DNA of 54,550 nt from NCBI GenBank assembly GCA_964392655.1, contig CAYMQY010000001.1, positions 1 to 54,550 of the forward strand, written 5' to 3'. This stretch comes from an uncultured Saprospiraceae bacterium (GTDB lineage: Bacteria > Bacteroidota > Bacteroidia > Chitinophagales > Saprospiraceae). Made by a program: the position numbers and the translations under genes. The notes below the pieces were generated by a model that was not told the DNA's origin, did not search any database, and saw nothing but the letters and a program-made list of their open reading frames with translations. This document shows, piece after piece, positions 1 to 9,822 of this stretch. The first letter of the stretch is position 1; each line of letters opens with the position of its first letter.

Positions 1-2411
1 GTGCAAAGACCGGAAAGGTCGGTGGCTGTGGCGATGTACACGCCGGAACCCACGCCGACCGGGTTCACCGGTATGCCGGAAAGATCGGTCCAAGAAATGG
101 TGGCAGGCTGATTTGCCGTGGCCACCAGGTTTGCCGAAGGCGCACACAGCGAAATATCCGGCGCCGTGACCGTGAGAAAATCACCGGTGACGGTCAGCGA
201 TTGGCTGAACGGCAGCACACAGGCAGCGCTGGCATCAAATGTGACAGTGTACGTGCCCGGCGCGGCATACTGGTACACGACGGAGTCCAGCGTGCTGGTA
301 CCTGCACCGTCGCCGAAATTCCAGATTCCTGAAAAACCGCTGGAATTCACAAAGGTGACCGCCGTGCTGTTGCAGGCCTGCACCATGCTGATGAACGGCG
401 TCAGATCCACCGAATCCTGAACGTTTACCGGAAACTCAAAGGTCGCCGTGCAGTTGTGTTGGTTGGTTACAGTCAGGCGGACGGTGTACGTCCCCACCGG
501 CCCGGTTGCAAGGGTATTTGGCGCTACGGGATTGACAATGAGGAGCGTCGCCGGAACGGCAGACCACTGGTAGGTCAGTATATCCGCCGGATTCAGGTTT
601 TGCGCAGCCAGTTGGAACGGCGCATTCGGACAGGCATTGGGCGGCACGGATGCCTCCACATCCGGCGCCTGCACCTCCACCCGGGCCGTATCGGTGCGCA
701 CGCACTGAAAACTGTCGGTGGCGGTCACCACATAAATGCCCTCCGGCGCTGCAAGCGGGTTGATGGTGTCGCCGGCCAGATTGGTCCAGACCAGCGTCGC
801 GGGTACGTTGGTTGTGGCGGTCAACACCCCGACGGTATCGCAGGTAGTAGTGTCATGCGCCGTTACTTCCAGCAGCGTCTGGCGGGTGATGGTCACCGAG
901 TCCACATCAAAACACGAGGCACTGCTCACCACGAGCAGGTAAGTTTTGGTAGCCGGCGGATTGGCCAGCACGTTTTGCGGGCCGGGGTTGAAGGTCAAAA
1001 AATCCGTGGGCTGCCATTGGTAGGTAAACGTCGGACTGCCGATGACGGTGACGGGCACAGCCGACCCGTCGCAGGAATATCCCTGGGTAACCACCTTGTA
1101 GTCCAGCAAGGAATCCACCTTGAACGGCAAGACGAGCGTATCGGTGCAGCCGGCTGCAGAAGTCACTACCAGGCGGGCAATGCCGTTGCTCAGGTTGGGT
1201 ATCTGGATCGGTGGGATGTTTTGCTGGCTGCTGCTGAACGAGCCGCCGTTCCACACGATGTTCCATTGCCAGCCGGTGATCGTGCTGGTCGGGTCGGTGG
1301 ACTTGTCTGTAAATTTCACCTGGAACGAATTCGCCACGCAGGATTTGGTGTAGGTGAAATGCGCGTTCAGGCCCGACACCACGCCGATATTGATGCCGCC
1401 GATAGCAGTGCATCCGCGGGCATCGGTGGCGGTGACGGCATAAGCGCCCACGCCGAGTCCGGTGATTGTTTGCGCTACTACACTGTCCACACCGGGGCCT
1501 TGCCACACATAGGTGTACGGCGCCGTGCCCTGAGAGGCTACTGCCGTGGCGGAGCCGGTTTTGTCGTTCGGGCAAAACACCGTGGGCGTGCCTGTCACAT
1601 TGATTTTCACCTGGGTGTGTGTGCCGATGATGCCGCTTGCCGTACCGGTGCATCCGGTGGTGACGTCGGTCACTGTGACGGCCACAAACGTGCCGGGCGC
1701 GAGGTTTTTGATCTGCGGGCTGTTGTCCTGCGACACATTCCAGTGGTAGGCGTAATTGCCGCCCGAAGGGTTGACAAGCGCCGTGGCAGTACCGTCTTCC
1801 ACGCCGTCGCACTCGGCTTTTTTTACCAACAAACTGACCGTCAGACTGTCAATGACCGGCAAAAAAACGGTGGTATCGCGCTTGCAGCCTTTCAGGTCGG
1901 TGGCCTGCACGGTATAGGGCACGCCGGGCAAGAGGTTTCCAGCGGTAGCGCCCTTGGTGCCGTTGCTCCACATAATATCGTAAGGCGGATTTCCGCCTGT
2001 CGGAAACAAGGTCATGGTGCCGGGAAAGCCATTGCAGGAAGGCATGTTTACCGTGACGTTGAAATGCAGCGGGGCTGGTTGCACGACCTGAATGCCACCG
2101 GTTTTTGTGGCGCCGGCCTGATCGGTCACGGTTATCTGGTAGTTGCCGGCGCTCAGGTTTACAATCGTAGCCGTTTGCTGGCCATTGCTCCACAGGTAGG
2201 TGTAGGGCGCGGTACCGCCCGACACGGTGGCCGTGGCGGTACCGTCGGAATCGCCGTGGCAAGTGGGCGGCGAAAAATTCAGTGCCAGTTGGAGTGGCCC
2301 CTGGGCGAGGGAATTTCCAAAAGAAAACAAGGCCAGAAGCACGGCCCCGCACAGGGGGCGCACTCCGGTGGGGATATGTATTTTTTCAATAGTCATAACA
2401 TTGCGATTCAT
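1..2411 (-). CDS. SprB-repeat cell-surface adhesin, N-terminal ~800 aa; the gene runs off the left edge of the window
   Basis: Absent from the ORF track because no stop codon lies in the window. My reverse-strand translation from ATG 2411 (alternative ATG 2396) gives MNRNVMTIEKIHIPTGVRPLCGAVLLALFSFGNSLAQ, a signal peptide. It is followed by repeated Cys-x-G-x-x-DG...GG-x-x-PY-x-Y-x-W units, e.g. CHGDSDGTATATVSGGTAPYTYLWSNGQ and CDGVEDGTATALVNPSGGNYAYHW. The same frame still reads sensibly at nt 119-3 (ANQPATISWTDLSGIPVNPVGVGSGVYIATATDLSGLC). I did not translate every codon in between. Confidence 0.75.
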   Translation of the reverse strand, partial: MNRNVMTIEKIHIPTGVRPLCGAVLLALFSFGNSLAQGPLQLALNFSPPTCHGDSDGTATATVSGGTAPYTYLWSNGQQTATIVNLSAGNYQITVTDQAGATKTGGIQVVQPAPLHFNVTVNMPSCNGFPGTMTLFPTGGNPPYDIMWSNGTKGATAGNLLPGVPYTVQATDLKGCKRDTTVFLPVIDSLTVSLLVKKAECDGVEDGTATALVNPSGGNYAYHWNVSQDNSPQIKNLAPGTFVAVTVTDVTTGCTGTASGIIGTHTQVKINVTGTPTVFCPNDKTGSATAVASQGTAPYTYVWQGPGVDSVVAQTITGLGVGAYAVTATDARGCTAIGGINIGVVSGLNAHFTYTKSCVANSFQVKFTDKSTDPTSTITGWQWNIVWNGGSFSSSQQNIPPIQIPNLSNGIARLVVTSAAGCTDTLVLPFKVDSLLDYKVVTQGYSCDGSAVPVTVIGSPTFTYQWQPTDFLTFNPGPQNVLANPPATKTYLLVVSSASCFDVDSVTITRQTLLEVTAHDTTTCDTVGVLTATTNVPATLVWTNLAGDTINPLAAPEGIYVVTATDSFQCVRTDTARVEVQAPDVEASVPPNACPNAPFQLAAQNLNPADILTYQWSAVPATLLIVNPVAPNTLATGPVGTYTVRLTVTNQHNCTATFEFPVNVQDSVDLTPFISMVQACNSTAVTFVNSSGFSGIWNFGDGAGTSTLDSVVYQYAAPGTYTVTFDASAACVLPFSQSLTVTGDFLTVTAPDISLCAPSANLVATANQPATISWTDLSGIPVNPVGVGSGVYIATATDLSGLC

Positions 2412-2453
2412 GGCATTCGACAAATACGGTTTCATCACCGGGGTTGGCGCCGC

Positions 2454-5258
2454 TTATTTTTGCGTGATCGGAATCGGGATAGCATTTCCGTTTACGTCCA
2501 CCCCGATGATTTCGACGCGGCGCTCCCGGGCGGCATCCACGCTGAAGACGGAGTGTCGGCGGTCTTTGGGGTCGGCGCTTACAGATTTCGGTGCTTTGGC
2601 CGAACCGTTCGGCTCCCGGATCAGGGTCAACTGCCCCGACTTGATGAACGGCTCGTAAATGCCGCCGTCAAAAATGGAAAAGTGGTTCATCACGCTGCTC
2701 ACCCGCCGGGAGGTCAAATCCAGGTTGTAGCCCGGACTGGCCAGAGGCGATGCGAAACCGCTGATACGAATGTTCACCTTGTCGCCGTTGAGCAGCATTT
2801 CATACAGCACCTCGGAGAACATACGCATACGGTCCCATTCGCCTTTCAGGCGCCGCTCGAAGAAGGTATCCAGATCGAAGCGGGCCATTTCGAGTTCCTG
2901 ACCCGCCAGGGGTTTGCAATACACGTCCATGTACTCCTGCTTGCGGTTGTAGTACGGCAGGTAGGTGTCTTTGAATTCTTCCTTGATGGTGGTTATGCCG
3001 CGGCGCGAAGGCCCGGGCTTGTCGTTGTCGAAATACAGCACGATCGGCAGGTAGGCCGGGAGCGACAGCGGGCGCAGGAACAGTTCCTGCCGGATGCGCT
3101 GGAAGGGGTCTTTTTTCAGGTCGTCGGTCCGGAACTCCACGGAGTCCTTCGAGTAGCCCTCTTTGGTGGCCACTACCCGGTAACGCGTATCATAATGAAT
3201 GACCGTGTGGTAGTCGTTTTGATCCGGGCCGGTCTGATGCACCCAGCGTTGCCGGGTTTTCAGTTCGATCAGGGTGATGGTCACCTCATTGAGCGGGTCT
3301 TTCAAAATATCGTCATACACGAATACGTCGAGGTTGAGGCCCCGGCGCAATTTCAATTCCCGGCGCAAGGTGGTGTCGCCGTTCACGACAAGCCCGACGG
3401 TGGAAACGGTGGTAGAATCCGGCGTGAAACCCGGCTTGAACGCGCCGAGTTTGTACTCGTGCTGGAATTGCAACGGAAACCGGTACACCGTGCTGTCCGG
3501 GTGATCCCGCATGACGGTAGCCAACCCTGCGTTGCCGGCACCGCGATCCACCACGCCGTCGGGACGGTGGAAAGCCGAGGTGGTGAGCAGCACGTTTGCT
3601 CCCGGGAAGGGGCGAAGTGTGTCGCCGTCGAGGATGGACACGATCAGGTCCACCTGAGCAGATTTGAGGCAGCGGCGGGCCGACATGTCCTCATCCCAGA
3701 TGCGTTGCGGCACGTCGAAGCGGAAGGTATCGGGTACGAATCCGGGTTTGGCCGTCACGATCATGTACGACTTGCCGGTTTGCAGCGGAAACTTGTGCGT
3801 AGACCCCGGCACCGTCACCTTGCTCAATTCCACCGGTCCGCCCGGGGTCATTTCGAACAGGGTCATGGTGGTGTAGTTCAGGGTGTCGCCGGTTTTCTGA
3901 TCGCAGGCGGTGATTGTCATTTCGGGTTTCGACATGCCCGATTTGAAAATGTCGTAGCAGCATTCTTCCTCCGAAAAATTCTGCGCGCCCTTGCGGTTGG
4001 AGGAAAAGAAGGCCAGCCTGCCGTTTTCCGACAGGGAGTAAAACACATCGTTGGCGCTGGAATTGAGCGGCATGGGCAGGTGCTCGACGGCACCCCACTG
4101 GCCGGAGGTGTAGGCCGAGCGGTAAATATCGAATCCGCCGAGGCCCTGGCGGGCATTGCTGCTGAAGTACAGGATGCCCGTTTGGGCGTGGTAAAAAGGC
4201 GTCACGTCGTCACCGTCGGTATTGAGCGCGGCCAGGTTGACCGGCTCGGAAAACTTGTCACCCTCGATTTTGACGTACCAGATGTCTTTTTTGCCTTTGC
4301 CGCCGGGGCGGTCGCTCACGAAAAAGAGGGTTTCCGTCAGTTCGCCCGGCAGGGTACACACAAACGGCTGGGTATTGGTGGCGTCTTTCAGGTTGATGGT
4401 TTTAGGCAGTTTTTCGGCGTTGCCCCAGGTGCTTTCACCGCTGCGTTTGCGGCGGTAGAGTTCGAAGCGGATACGTTTCCCTTCCTTGTATTTACCCACG
4501 GCGTAGTACACGACGCTTTTGTCTTTGTTGAACGTGACGTAGGCCGTGTGTTTTTTCTTTTCGTTAATCTCGTTCCAGCGGATGTCCATGCCGGCATCGG
4601 CGCGGGGTTCGGCAGTAAACACCTGGATCATTGGCCGGGAGGAATCGCCCTTGAACGGATGGCCGTAGGCGGAATAGTACAGGCGGTTGTCCGTCCACAC
4701 GTTGGAATACTCCGCGAAGGGCGTGTTCACATAGTCGCGCAGGCTGTCGAGCGCGATGTCGGCGATATTCTGGTGGATGCCGATGGCCCAGTCGCAGTTT
4801 TTGATGCCGGTTTGGGCGCGGGATTTCTGTTCGGGCGATGTGGCAATTTTTTCGGCGTCCTGGTACAATTGCTTAGCGTCTGCATACTGCTCCATGAGAT
4901 AGCGCACATCGGCGAGGCGCAGAAAGGTGAGCGCGTCGTCGTCCACGAGGTTTTTGCTGCGCAACAGGTCGTAGGTGGCGGCGGCCACTTCGTAGCGAGT
5001 ATGCGCCGTGGCGGCAGAGGCCAGCCCTTCCAGTGCGGAAATATTGAACGTGTCGGCGTTCAAAATGCGCTGGTAATACTGCATGGCCGCGTAGTAATTG
5101 CCCTCGTTGTAACTCTTTTTGGCCCTTTCCTCCAGCGCTGCGAGCGAGGGGCCACGGTCGAGATTGGCGCCGATACGCTCCGGAATACCCTTTTGGGCGG
5201 CAACCCGCAGGGTACACAGGAAAAGGAGCGACAATATGATTGGTATGTATTTCGACAT
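2454..5258 (-). CDS. OmpA-family outer-membrane protein: N-terminal TPR-like region, TolB-like repeats and C-terminal OmpA peptidoglycan-binding domain
   Basis: 934-aa ORF with signal peptide MSKYIPIILSLLFLCTLRVAAQ. The C-terminus has an OmpA-like pattern (ISGFASPLASPGYNLDLTSRRVSSV...ERRVEIIGV). It lies directly downstream of PorP/SprF, a common Bacteroidota arrangement. Confidence 0.9.
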   Translation of the reverse strand: MSKYIPIILSLLFLCTLRVAAQKGIPERIGANLDRGPSLAALEERAKKSYNEGNYYAAMQYYQRILNADTFNISALEGLASAATAHTRYEVAAATYDLLRSKNLVDDDALTFLRLADVRYLMEQYADAKQLYQDAEKIATSPEQKSRAQTGIKNCDWAIGIHQNIADIALDSLRDYVNTPFAEYSNVWTDNRLYYSAYGHPFKGDSSRPMIQVFTAEPRADAGMDIRWNEINEKKKHTAYVTFNKDKSVVYYAVGKYKEGKRIRFELYRRKRSGESTWGNAEKLPKTINLKDATNTQPFVCTLPGELTETLFFVSDRPGGKGKKDIWYVKIEGDKFSEPVNLAALNTDGDDVTPFYHAQTGILYFSSNARQGLGGFDIYRSAYTSGQWGAVEHLPMPLNSSANDVFYSLSENGRLAFFSSNRKGAQNFSEEECCYDIFKSGMSKPEMTITACDQKTGDTLNYTTMTLFEMTPGGPVELSKVTVPGSTHKFPLQTGKSYMIVTAKPGFVPDTFRFDVPQRIWDEDMSARRCLKSAQVDLIVSILDGDTLRPFPGANVLLTTSAFHRPDGVVDRGAGNAGLATVMRDHPDSTVYRFPLQFQHEYKLGAFKPGFTPDSTTVSTVGLVVNGDTTLRRELKLRRGLNLDVFVYDDILKDPLNEVTITLIELKTRQRWVHQTGPDQNDYHTVIHYDTRYRVVATKEGYSKDSVEFRTDDLKKDPFQRIRQELFLRPLSLPAYLPIVLYFDNDKPGPSRRGITTIKEEFKDTYLPYYNRKQEYMDVYCKPLAGQELEMARFDLDTFFERRLKGEWDRMRMFSEVLYEMLLNGDKVNIRISGFASPLASPGYNLDLTSRRVSSVMNHFSIFDGGIYEPFIKSGQLTLIREPNGSAKAPKSVSADPKDRRHSVFSVDAARERRVEIIGVDVNGNAIPIPITQK

Positions 5259-5275
5259 AATTCGGGTGTGTGCGA

Positions 5276-6316
5276 TCAGTCAATGGGGCACTGTTTGACG
5301 ACGGGCTTGATTTTGTACAGGCGGTAAATCAGGGCTACTTCCGGGCCGCCCCGGTTGTCGGTTGCGATAGTGAAATCGGACAGGTTCAGGTCGTAGGAAA
5401 AACCCAGCGTCCAGGTGCGCCAGTGTACTTCGGCGGTCCAGACGAATGCATCGGTGTAGCGGTGGCGGAAACTGGCGCCCACCTGCACGGCCAGTTCGTG
5501 GTAAGGCCGGGCATTGAGCAATAGGCGGCCGGCGACGCCGTACACGAGTTCGCGGTAGGTGCCTTGTTCCTGATACAGCACATGCCCCAGCAGGTCGAAC
5601 GGTTCCGACACTTGCACGAGCGCATTGCCGTGCAGCGCCATGCGGGCGGCAAGGCGCACGTCGTCGGTGTTGTTGGTCCAGAAATTATGGTCGGGGCGGT
5701 TGACGTGGTGCAGGGCGCCGCCGATGTCGAAACGGGTGCGGGTATTTCTGGCGTAGTGGCGGAAGTTGAGGCCCGCGCTGAGGTCGAAATACTGGAGGTT
5801 GGTGCTGAAAAAAGCGCCGTCTTCGTGCGTGGCGGCGCCGGGGTCGTACAGGCAGTCCACAAACTGGGCGTCGAAACTCCACTTGTTGGTGCCGAAGGAG
5901 CGCTGGCCGAATGCGGGCGTGAAGCCGAGGGAGAGGAAATTGTTTTTGGCCACCGGCAGGGTGAGGGCGACAGGGATGCCGATTTGCACGGAGGTCAGAG
6001 CGATGGAGCCTTGCCGGTCGTAATTGATCATCAGTCCGCCGGTGAGGTAGCGGTCGTAGTGGTTGCGGCGGTAGTAAATCTTGTTTTCGACGCTGCCGGA
6101 AAACGTGGTGTAGGGCACCGGCACGGCATTCCACTGGCTGCGGTAGTTGCCGACGAAGCGGACATCGCCGCCGAACACACCGTTCAACCCCGGGTTGAGA
6201 TTCAGCGGCGAGTTGGCAAACTGGGAAAAGTGTATGTCCTGGGCCAACAGAGGCGTGCCCGAGCACAAGAGGGCGAGGTACAGGCAAAATCGGCGTAGGT
6301 ATAGCGTTCTCTTCAC
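5276..6316 (-). CDS. PorP/SprF-family type IX secretion system membrane protein
   Basis: Contains the family signature AQDIHFSQFANSPLNLNPGLNG followed by a beta-barrel-like alternating pattern. I trimmed the track ORF (start 6463) to GTG 6316, giving VKRTLYLRRFCLYLALLCSGTPLLAQ as the signal peptide. Confidence 0.85.
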   Translation of the reverse strand: MKRTLYLRRFCLYLALLCSGTPLLAQDIHFSQFANSPLNLNPGLNGVFGGDVRFVGNYRSQWNAVPVPYTTFSGSVENKIYYRRNHYDRYLTGGLMINYDRQGSIALTSVQIGIPVALTLPVAKNNFLSLGFTPAFGQRSFGTNKWSFDAQFVDCLYDPGAATHEDGAFFSTNLQYFDLSAGLNFRHYARNTRTRFDIGGALHHVNRPDHNFWTNNTDDVRLAARMALHGNALVQVSEPFDLLGHVLYQEQGTYRELVYGVAGRLLLNARPYHELAVQVGASFRHRYTDAFVWTAEVHWRTWTLGFSYDLNLSDFTIATDNRGGPEVALIYRLYKIKPVVKQCPID

Positions 6317-6645
6317 AAGCGCTTGAGTTTTGAAATTCAGTTTGAACGGAAAAACGTGCAATCGGTGCAGGTACGTGCCGCGGCGACCTGTCGATTGCCG
6401 CAGCCCCTTGCCGGGTATGGAACGGTACAACAGGCTGAAACCCAAGCCCGGCACAAAAAACATACCACTAAAGCCACATATTTACTGCCCGCAGGGAGCA
6501 GGAATACAGCATTTCGGGTAGACGCAGGCGGGGGGAATTAAACAAAGCCGAACCTTTTTCCGGTTTTGACTTTGCATGAGATGAGAAACGGCGGTAAAGG
6601 TAGTGTTTTCCGTTTCCGGCCAAAATTTGCGGGCCGTTAAAACGC

Positions 6646-6680
6646 AAAAAGGTTTGTCGTTGAAACGACAAACCTTTTTC
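6646..6680 (-). terminator. Rho-independent terminator downstream of the 6740-7096 gene
   Basis: Perfect 12-bp stem, aaaggtttgtcg (6648-6659) pairing with cgacaaaccttt (6666-6677), with a 6-nt loop. On the minus strand the hairpin is followed by a T-rich run (ttgcgtttt). Confidence 0.55.
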
Positions 6681-6739
6681 ACCGGTTTTTACCGACGTCT
6701 ACCACAAAACAGGGAGTAGATCCTCACACTGGTGGTGCC

Positions 6740-7096
6740 TTACTTGTCTTGCTGTACCAGGCTCCCTACCCGGAACGGCGTCGTGGCATCCTTGCGGTAG
6801 TCGCGCACAAAACCGAAAGACTGATCCTTTGGAATATTTGTGGATTGTCCGGAGCCTTTGAAACCGTCTTTGCAATCAACCGTAAAACTGAGTTCTTTCA
6901 GGTGGCCTTCCGCATCGAAAGCCATGTGCGTGTAGTCCAGAATGATATTCATCGCAGCCATTTCGGCTTTGATGTTCATCAGAATTTCTTTGTTGTGGTA
7001 TTGCTGGAAGAAGGCCTCCACCCTGGGTACGCGTTGCGCGTGCAGCGTGGTGAAACCAAGGCAAATAAAGGCGAGCAGAAAAAGCAGTTTTTGCAT
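6740..7096 (-). CDS. Small secreted hypothetical protein
   Basis: ORF trimmed to ATG 7096, giving signal peptide MQKLLFLLAFICLGFTTLHAQ. Amino-acid composition is balanced. I recognise no family. Confidence 0.6.
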   Translation of the reverse strand: MQKLLFLLAFICLGFTTLHAQRVPRVEAFFQQYHNKEILMNIKAEMAAMNIILDYTHMAFDAEGHLKELSFTVDCKDGFKGSGQSTNIPKDQSFGFVRDYRKDATTPFRVGSLVQQDK

Positions 7097-7184
7097 AAAC
7101 AGAATCCGTTGGATGGTAAAAAATGATGGATATTTCGACCACAAAAGTATGGTGCCGGCCTGAAAAGTAAAAAGAAGGTTTTCG

Positions 7185-8594
7185 TCACTTGCGAACGACC
7201 TGGCGTACCAGATTGCCGTTCTCCAGTTCCACGACCAGAAAATACGTTCCGACCGGCAAAAGACTCAGATCAATTACCTCCTCGATTCGCTGCCCGCTCA
7301 CTTTTTTTGCATATACCCGGCTTTGGCGCGCATCCAGAAGCGTGAGAACCACTTGCTCCCGTTTTTTCAATTCCAGGCCGATGCGCACCGTGCTGTCGGT
7401 GGGGTTTGGCGCCAGCGAAAAGTTGGTCACGTTGGAGGGCACATCGGTTGCGACGGACATTGATTTGATTTTGTAGATCGCGCCCTGGGAGAGTGCCGCC
7501 ACGTATAGTTCTCCGTCGCGATCTTCGCCGTACGAACTGTATTGGTTGCCGGCGAATTGGCCGACTAATCCCGTGGTAAATGTCCCGTCGGGGTTTTGTT
7601 TTGTAGCCCACCAGCGCCCGCTGACATAGTCGGAAAAGAAGTAGTACCCGTCCAGATCGGGATACTGCTTGCCCCGGTAGATAAAGCCGCCTGTGATGGA
7701 GCGCCCAAGCGAGGGGTTGGCATAATCAAATACCGGAGCCGTGTAGGCGGCGGCAGGAAGGCATCCGGTTGTACTATACGAGGCAAGCCCCTCGTAGCAG
7801 CGCCAGCCGTAGTTGCGTCCGCCGGTACCTGCCGGCTCGAAGTCCACTTCTTCGCGAGCATTCTGGCCTACATCGCCGATCCACATGTCGCCGGTAAGTC
7901 GGTCGAACGAAAAGCGCCAGGGGTTTCGCAGGCCCCAGGACCAGATTTCGGGCCGGAAGGTCGTGTCGTTCACGAACGGGTTGTCGGGCGGGATGGCATA
8001 GTCAAGACCGGGTAAAGTGTCGCTCACATCAATTCGAAGAATTTTGCCGAGCAGTGATTTTTTATTTTGACCGTTATCCTGCGGATCGCCGCCGGAACCG
8101 CCGTCGCCGAGTCCAATGTACAAGTAGCCGTCGGGGCCAAATTTCAGGCTGCCGCCGTTGTGGTTGTTGAACGGCTGGCTTTGCGCCAGCAGAATTTCCT
8201 CGCTGTTCGGGTCGGCCTCGTTGGGGTTTCCATTCAGCAGCGAAAAGCGCGATACACGGGTAGCACCGTCCGTTTCTCGGGTGTAGTACACGTAAAATTT
8301 GCCGCTCTGGGCATAGTCCGGCGGAAAAGCCAGCCCGAGCAAACCCTGCTCGTTGCCATTGGAGCGCACGCGCGGGTCAATGTTCAGAAAAGGGTTGGGG
8401 AGGCGGTTGCCGGCACTGTCCAGCACCCAGATGTAACCACGCTGCTCCACAATGAAAAGACGGGAGTCGCTGCAATGTGCAATATCCACCGGGCGGGTAA
8501 AGCCCGTGGCGTGTGCAATCAGTTCAATTTTGGGCTGTGCCGACAGTGCGGTGGCAAGGAGGAGAAACGGCAGAAAGGCAAGTTGTTTGAGCAT
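7185..8594 (-). CDS. PQQ-dependent sugar (glucose/sorbosone) dehydrogenase-family beta-propeller protein with a T9SS C-terminal sorting domain
   Basis: Trimmed to ATG 8594 (MLKQLAFLPFLLLATALSAQ). Family-typical motifs are GLLGLAFPPDY, NHNGGSLKFGPDGYLYIGLGDGGSGGDP and LGKILRIDV. The C-terminal ~75 aa (LAPNPTDSTVRIGL...GTYFLVVELENGNLVRQVVRK) fit the T9SS C-terminal domain pattern. Confidence 0.85.
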   Translation of the reverse strand: MLKQLAFLPFLLLATALSAQPKIELIAHATGFTRPVDIAHCSDSRLFIVEQRGYIWVLDSAGNRLPNPFLNIDPRVRSNGNEQGLLGLAFPPDYAQSGKFYVYYTRETDGATRVSRFSLLNGNPNEADPNSEEILLAQSQPFNNHNGGSLKFGPDGYLYIGLGDGGSGGDPQDNGQNKKSLLGKILRIDVSDTLPGLDYAIPPDNPFVNDTTFRPEIWSWGLRNPWRFSFDRLTGDMWIGDVGQNAREEVDFEPAGTGGRNYGWRCYEGLASYSTTGCLPAAAYTAPVFDYANPSLGRSITGGFIYRGKQYPDLDGYYFFSDYVSGRWWATKQNPDGTFTTGLVGQFAGNQYSSYGEDRDGELYVAALSQGAIYKIKSMSVATDVPSNVTNFSLAPNPTDSTVRIGLELKKREQVVLTLLDARQSRVYAKKVSGQRIEEVIDLSLLPVGTYFLVVELENGNLVRQVVRK

Positions 8595-8953
8595 GGTAGT
8601 GATGATCCGGAAAAAGTGAAGAACGGTTGAAGATCCAAAGTTCGGAGCTTGTGTGCGAAGTTCTGTCAAGAAATACCCCGGGTGTCCGGAATGGACGAAC
8701 AGCAGTTCGGACAGCAGGGTTTTTAAGGGGGCAAAAAAAAGCCGCCGATCACGTTGCGTGCCGGCGGCAAAACCCCAAAAAACCAAATGAAAACAATCTT
8801 CCTTTTTGTATTGCCTGCCTCTGCTCATCTGCAAAGACAACGTTTATACGCGTCATGCAGCAAGAGTCACACCAAGGCGATCGTGAATTTTGGCAGGTTA
8901 TCACCGGTTTGAAAGCCGTTAACATCTTTGCCCGAAAATCAGACTGTCCGGCA

Positions 8954-8989
8954 CAAAAAAAGCCGCAACGGGCTGGAGACCGTACGGCT
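8954..8989 (-). terminator. Rho-independent terminator after the 9089-9742 lipoprotein gene
   Basis: The minus strand reads agccgtacggtctccagcccgttgcggc followed by tttttttt. This is an imperfect GC-rich hairpin plus a T8 run, about 100 nt downstream of the stop codon. Confidence 0.55.
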
Positions 8990-9088
8990 GCATTTGAATT
9001 TTGTTAACCTCGGCTGTTGAGTCCTCAAGTGCCCAATCAGGTATTCCCCCCAATCACTCAAAACTCCAAACTCATAACCCGAACCTGC

Positions 9089-9742
9089 TTACTGGAGCGG
9101 TACGCACACATACTCGGACTTTCGGGTGAGCATCCGGTCGGTCAAATTGTACAAAGCCCGCTGCCCATAGCCGACGCGCAGCCCGTCTTTCAACCATTTT
9201 TCCTTGTCGGGGCAATCGGGCATTTTGACCATATCTTTTTCTTCGATCGGCATATAAAACCAAAGGCTTCCGTTTTCCGACACGAACGGCGCCGGCTCGG
9301 GATAGTATTTTGTCCTGAAAACCATCGAGATAATGCCCTCCTCCGGCTTTATGCGGTACAACACCAGTTCGCGCAGATCGGGTGCAGTACCGGCATCTAT
9401 AAAAATATGATCATAAGCCATCCCGAAAAACGCGCCGTTGTCATCCACAGGAAGCATGTAGCGCGTGCTGTCGGGCAACACAATCAGATCAATTCGTTCC
9501 CCGGAGAAACCTTCCTGATTGCGCGCCTTGATCAGGTATTTTTGGTAAATAAACTCACGTTCCGTAGCGGAAGATGCTTTGAAGCCGGCCATCAGGCAGC
9601 CTTTGAACCCGACGATGGAATCGTTTCTTTCTATCGGGTAGGTCACACTTTTTTCCGAATTGCCGGAAGATGAATTTTTACAGGAAACCACGAGCAAACC
9701 CAACAACAGGGCTGCAGCGGCGAACGTAGTGTGTTTGATCAT
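9089..9742 (-). CDS. Hypothetical lipoprotein
   Basis: Trimmed to ATG 9742. The N-terminus MIKHTTFAAAALLLGLLVVSC is a lipobox-type signal peptide. No family recognised. Confidence 0.7.
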   Translation of the reverse strand: MIKHTTFAAAALLLGLLVVSCKNSSSGNSEKSVTYPIERNDSIVGFKGCLMAGFKASSATEREFIYQKYLIKARNQEGFSGERIDLIVLPDSTRYMLPVDDNGAFFGMAYDHIFIDAGTAPDLRELVLYRIKPEEGIISMVFRTKYYPEPAPFVSENGSLWFYMPIEEKDMVKMPDCPDKEKWLKDGLRVGYGQRALYNLTDRMLTRKSEYVCVPLQ

Positions 9743-9822
9743 GTCGTACCGTACTTTTTTGAAAATATCAGCGGCCTGAATTTGGGGCCGCAAATGTCTG
9801 AATTTTCCTGAAAAATGAACCT

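Noticed and set aside
456-5327. Plus-strand ORF of 1623 aa, the longest ORF in the track
   Set aside because: It is antisense to the well-supported OmpA-family gene and the SprB-repeat adhesin. Its composition is dominated by Arg, Gly, His, Val and Ala with no recognisable domain. This is a typical shadow ORF in GC-rich DNA.
8595-8840. N-terminal extensions in the ORF track: here 82 extra codons from a TTG, and similarly 6317-6463, 12600-12929, 51608-51712, 27560-27616, 16892-16984 and 53151-53210
   Set aside because: The extensions begin at non-ATG codons or far upstream. They lack signal-peptide character and in several cases overlap neighbouring genes. An internal ATG immediately precedes a canonical signal peptide or the conserved N-terminus.
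9017-9673. Plus-strand 218-aa ORF
   Set aside because: It is antisense to the lipoprotein gene 9089-9742, which has a clean lipobox signal peptide. The ORF has no motifs and starts with a non-ATG codon.
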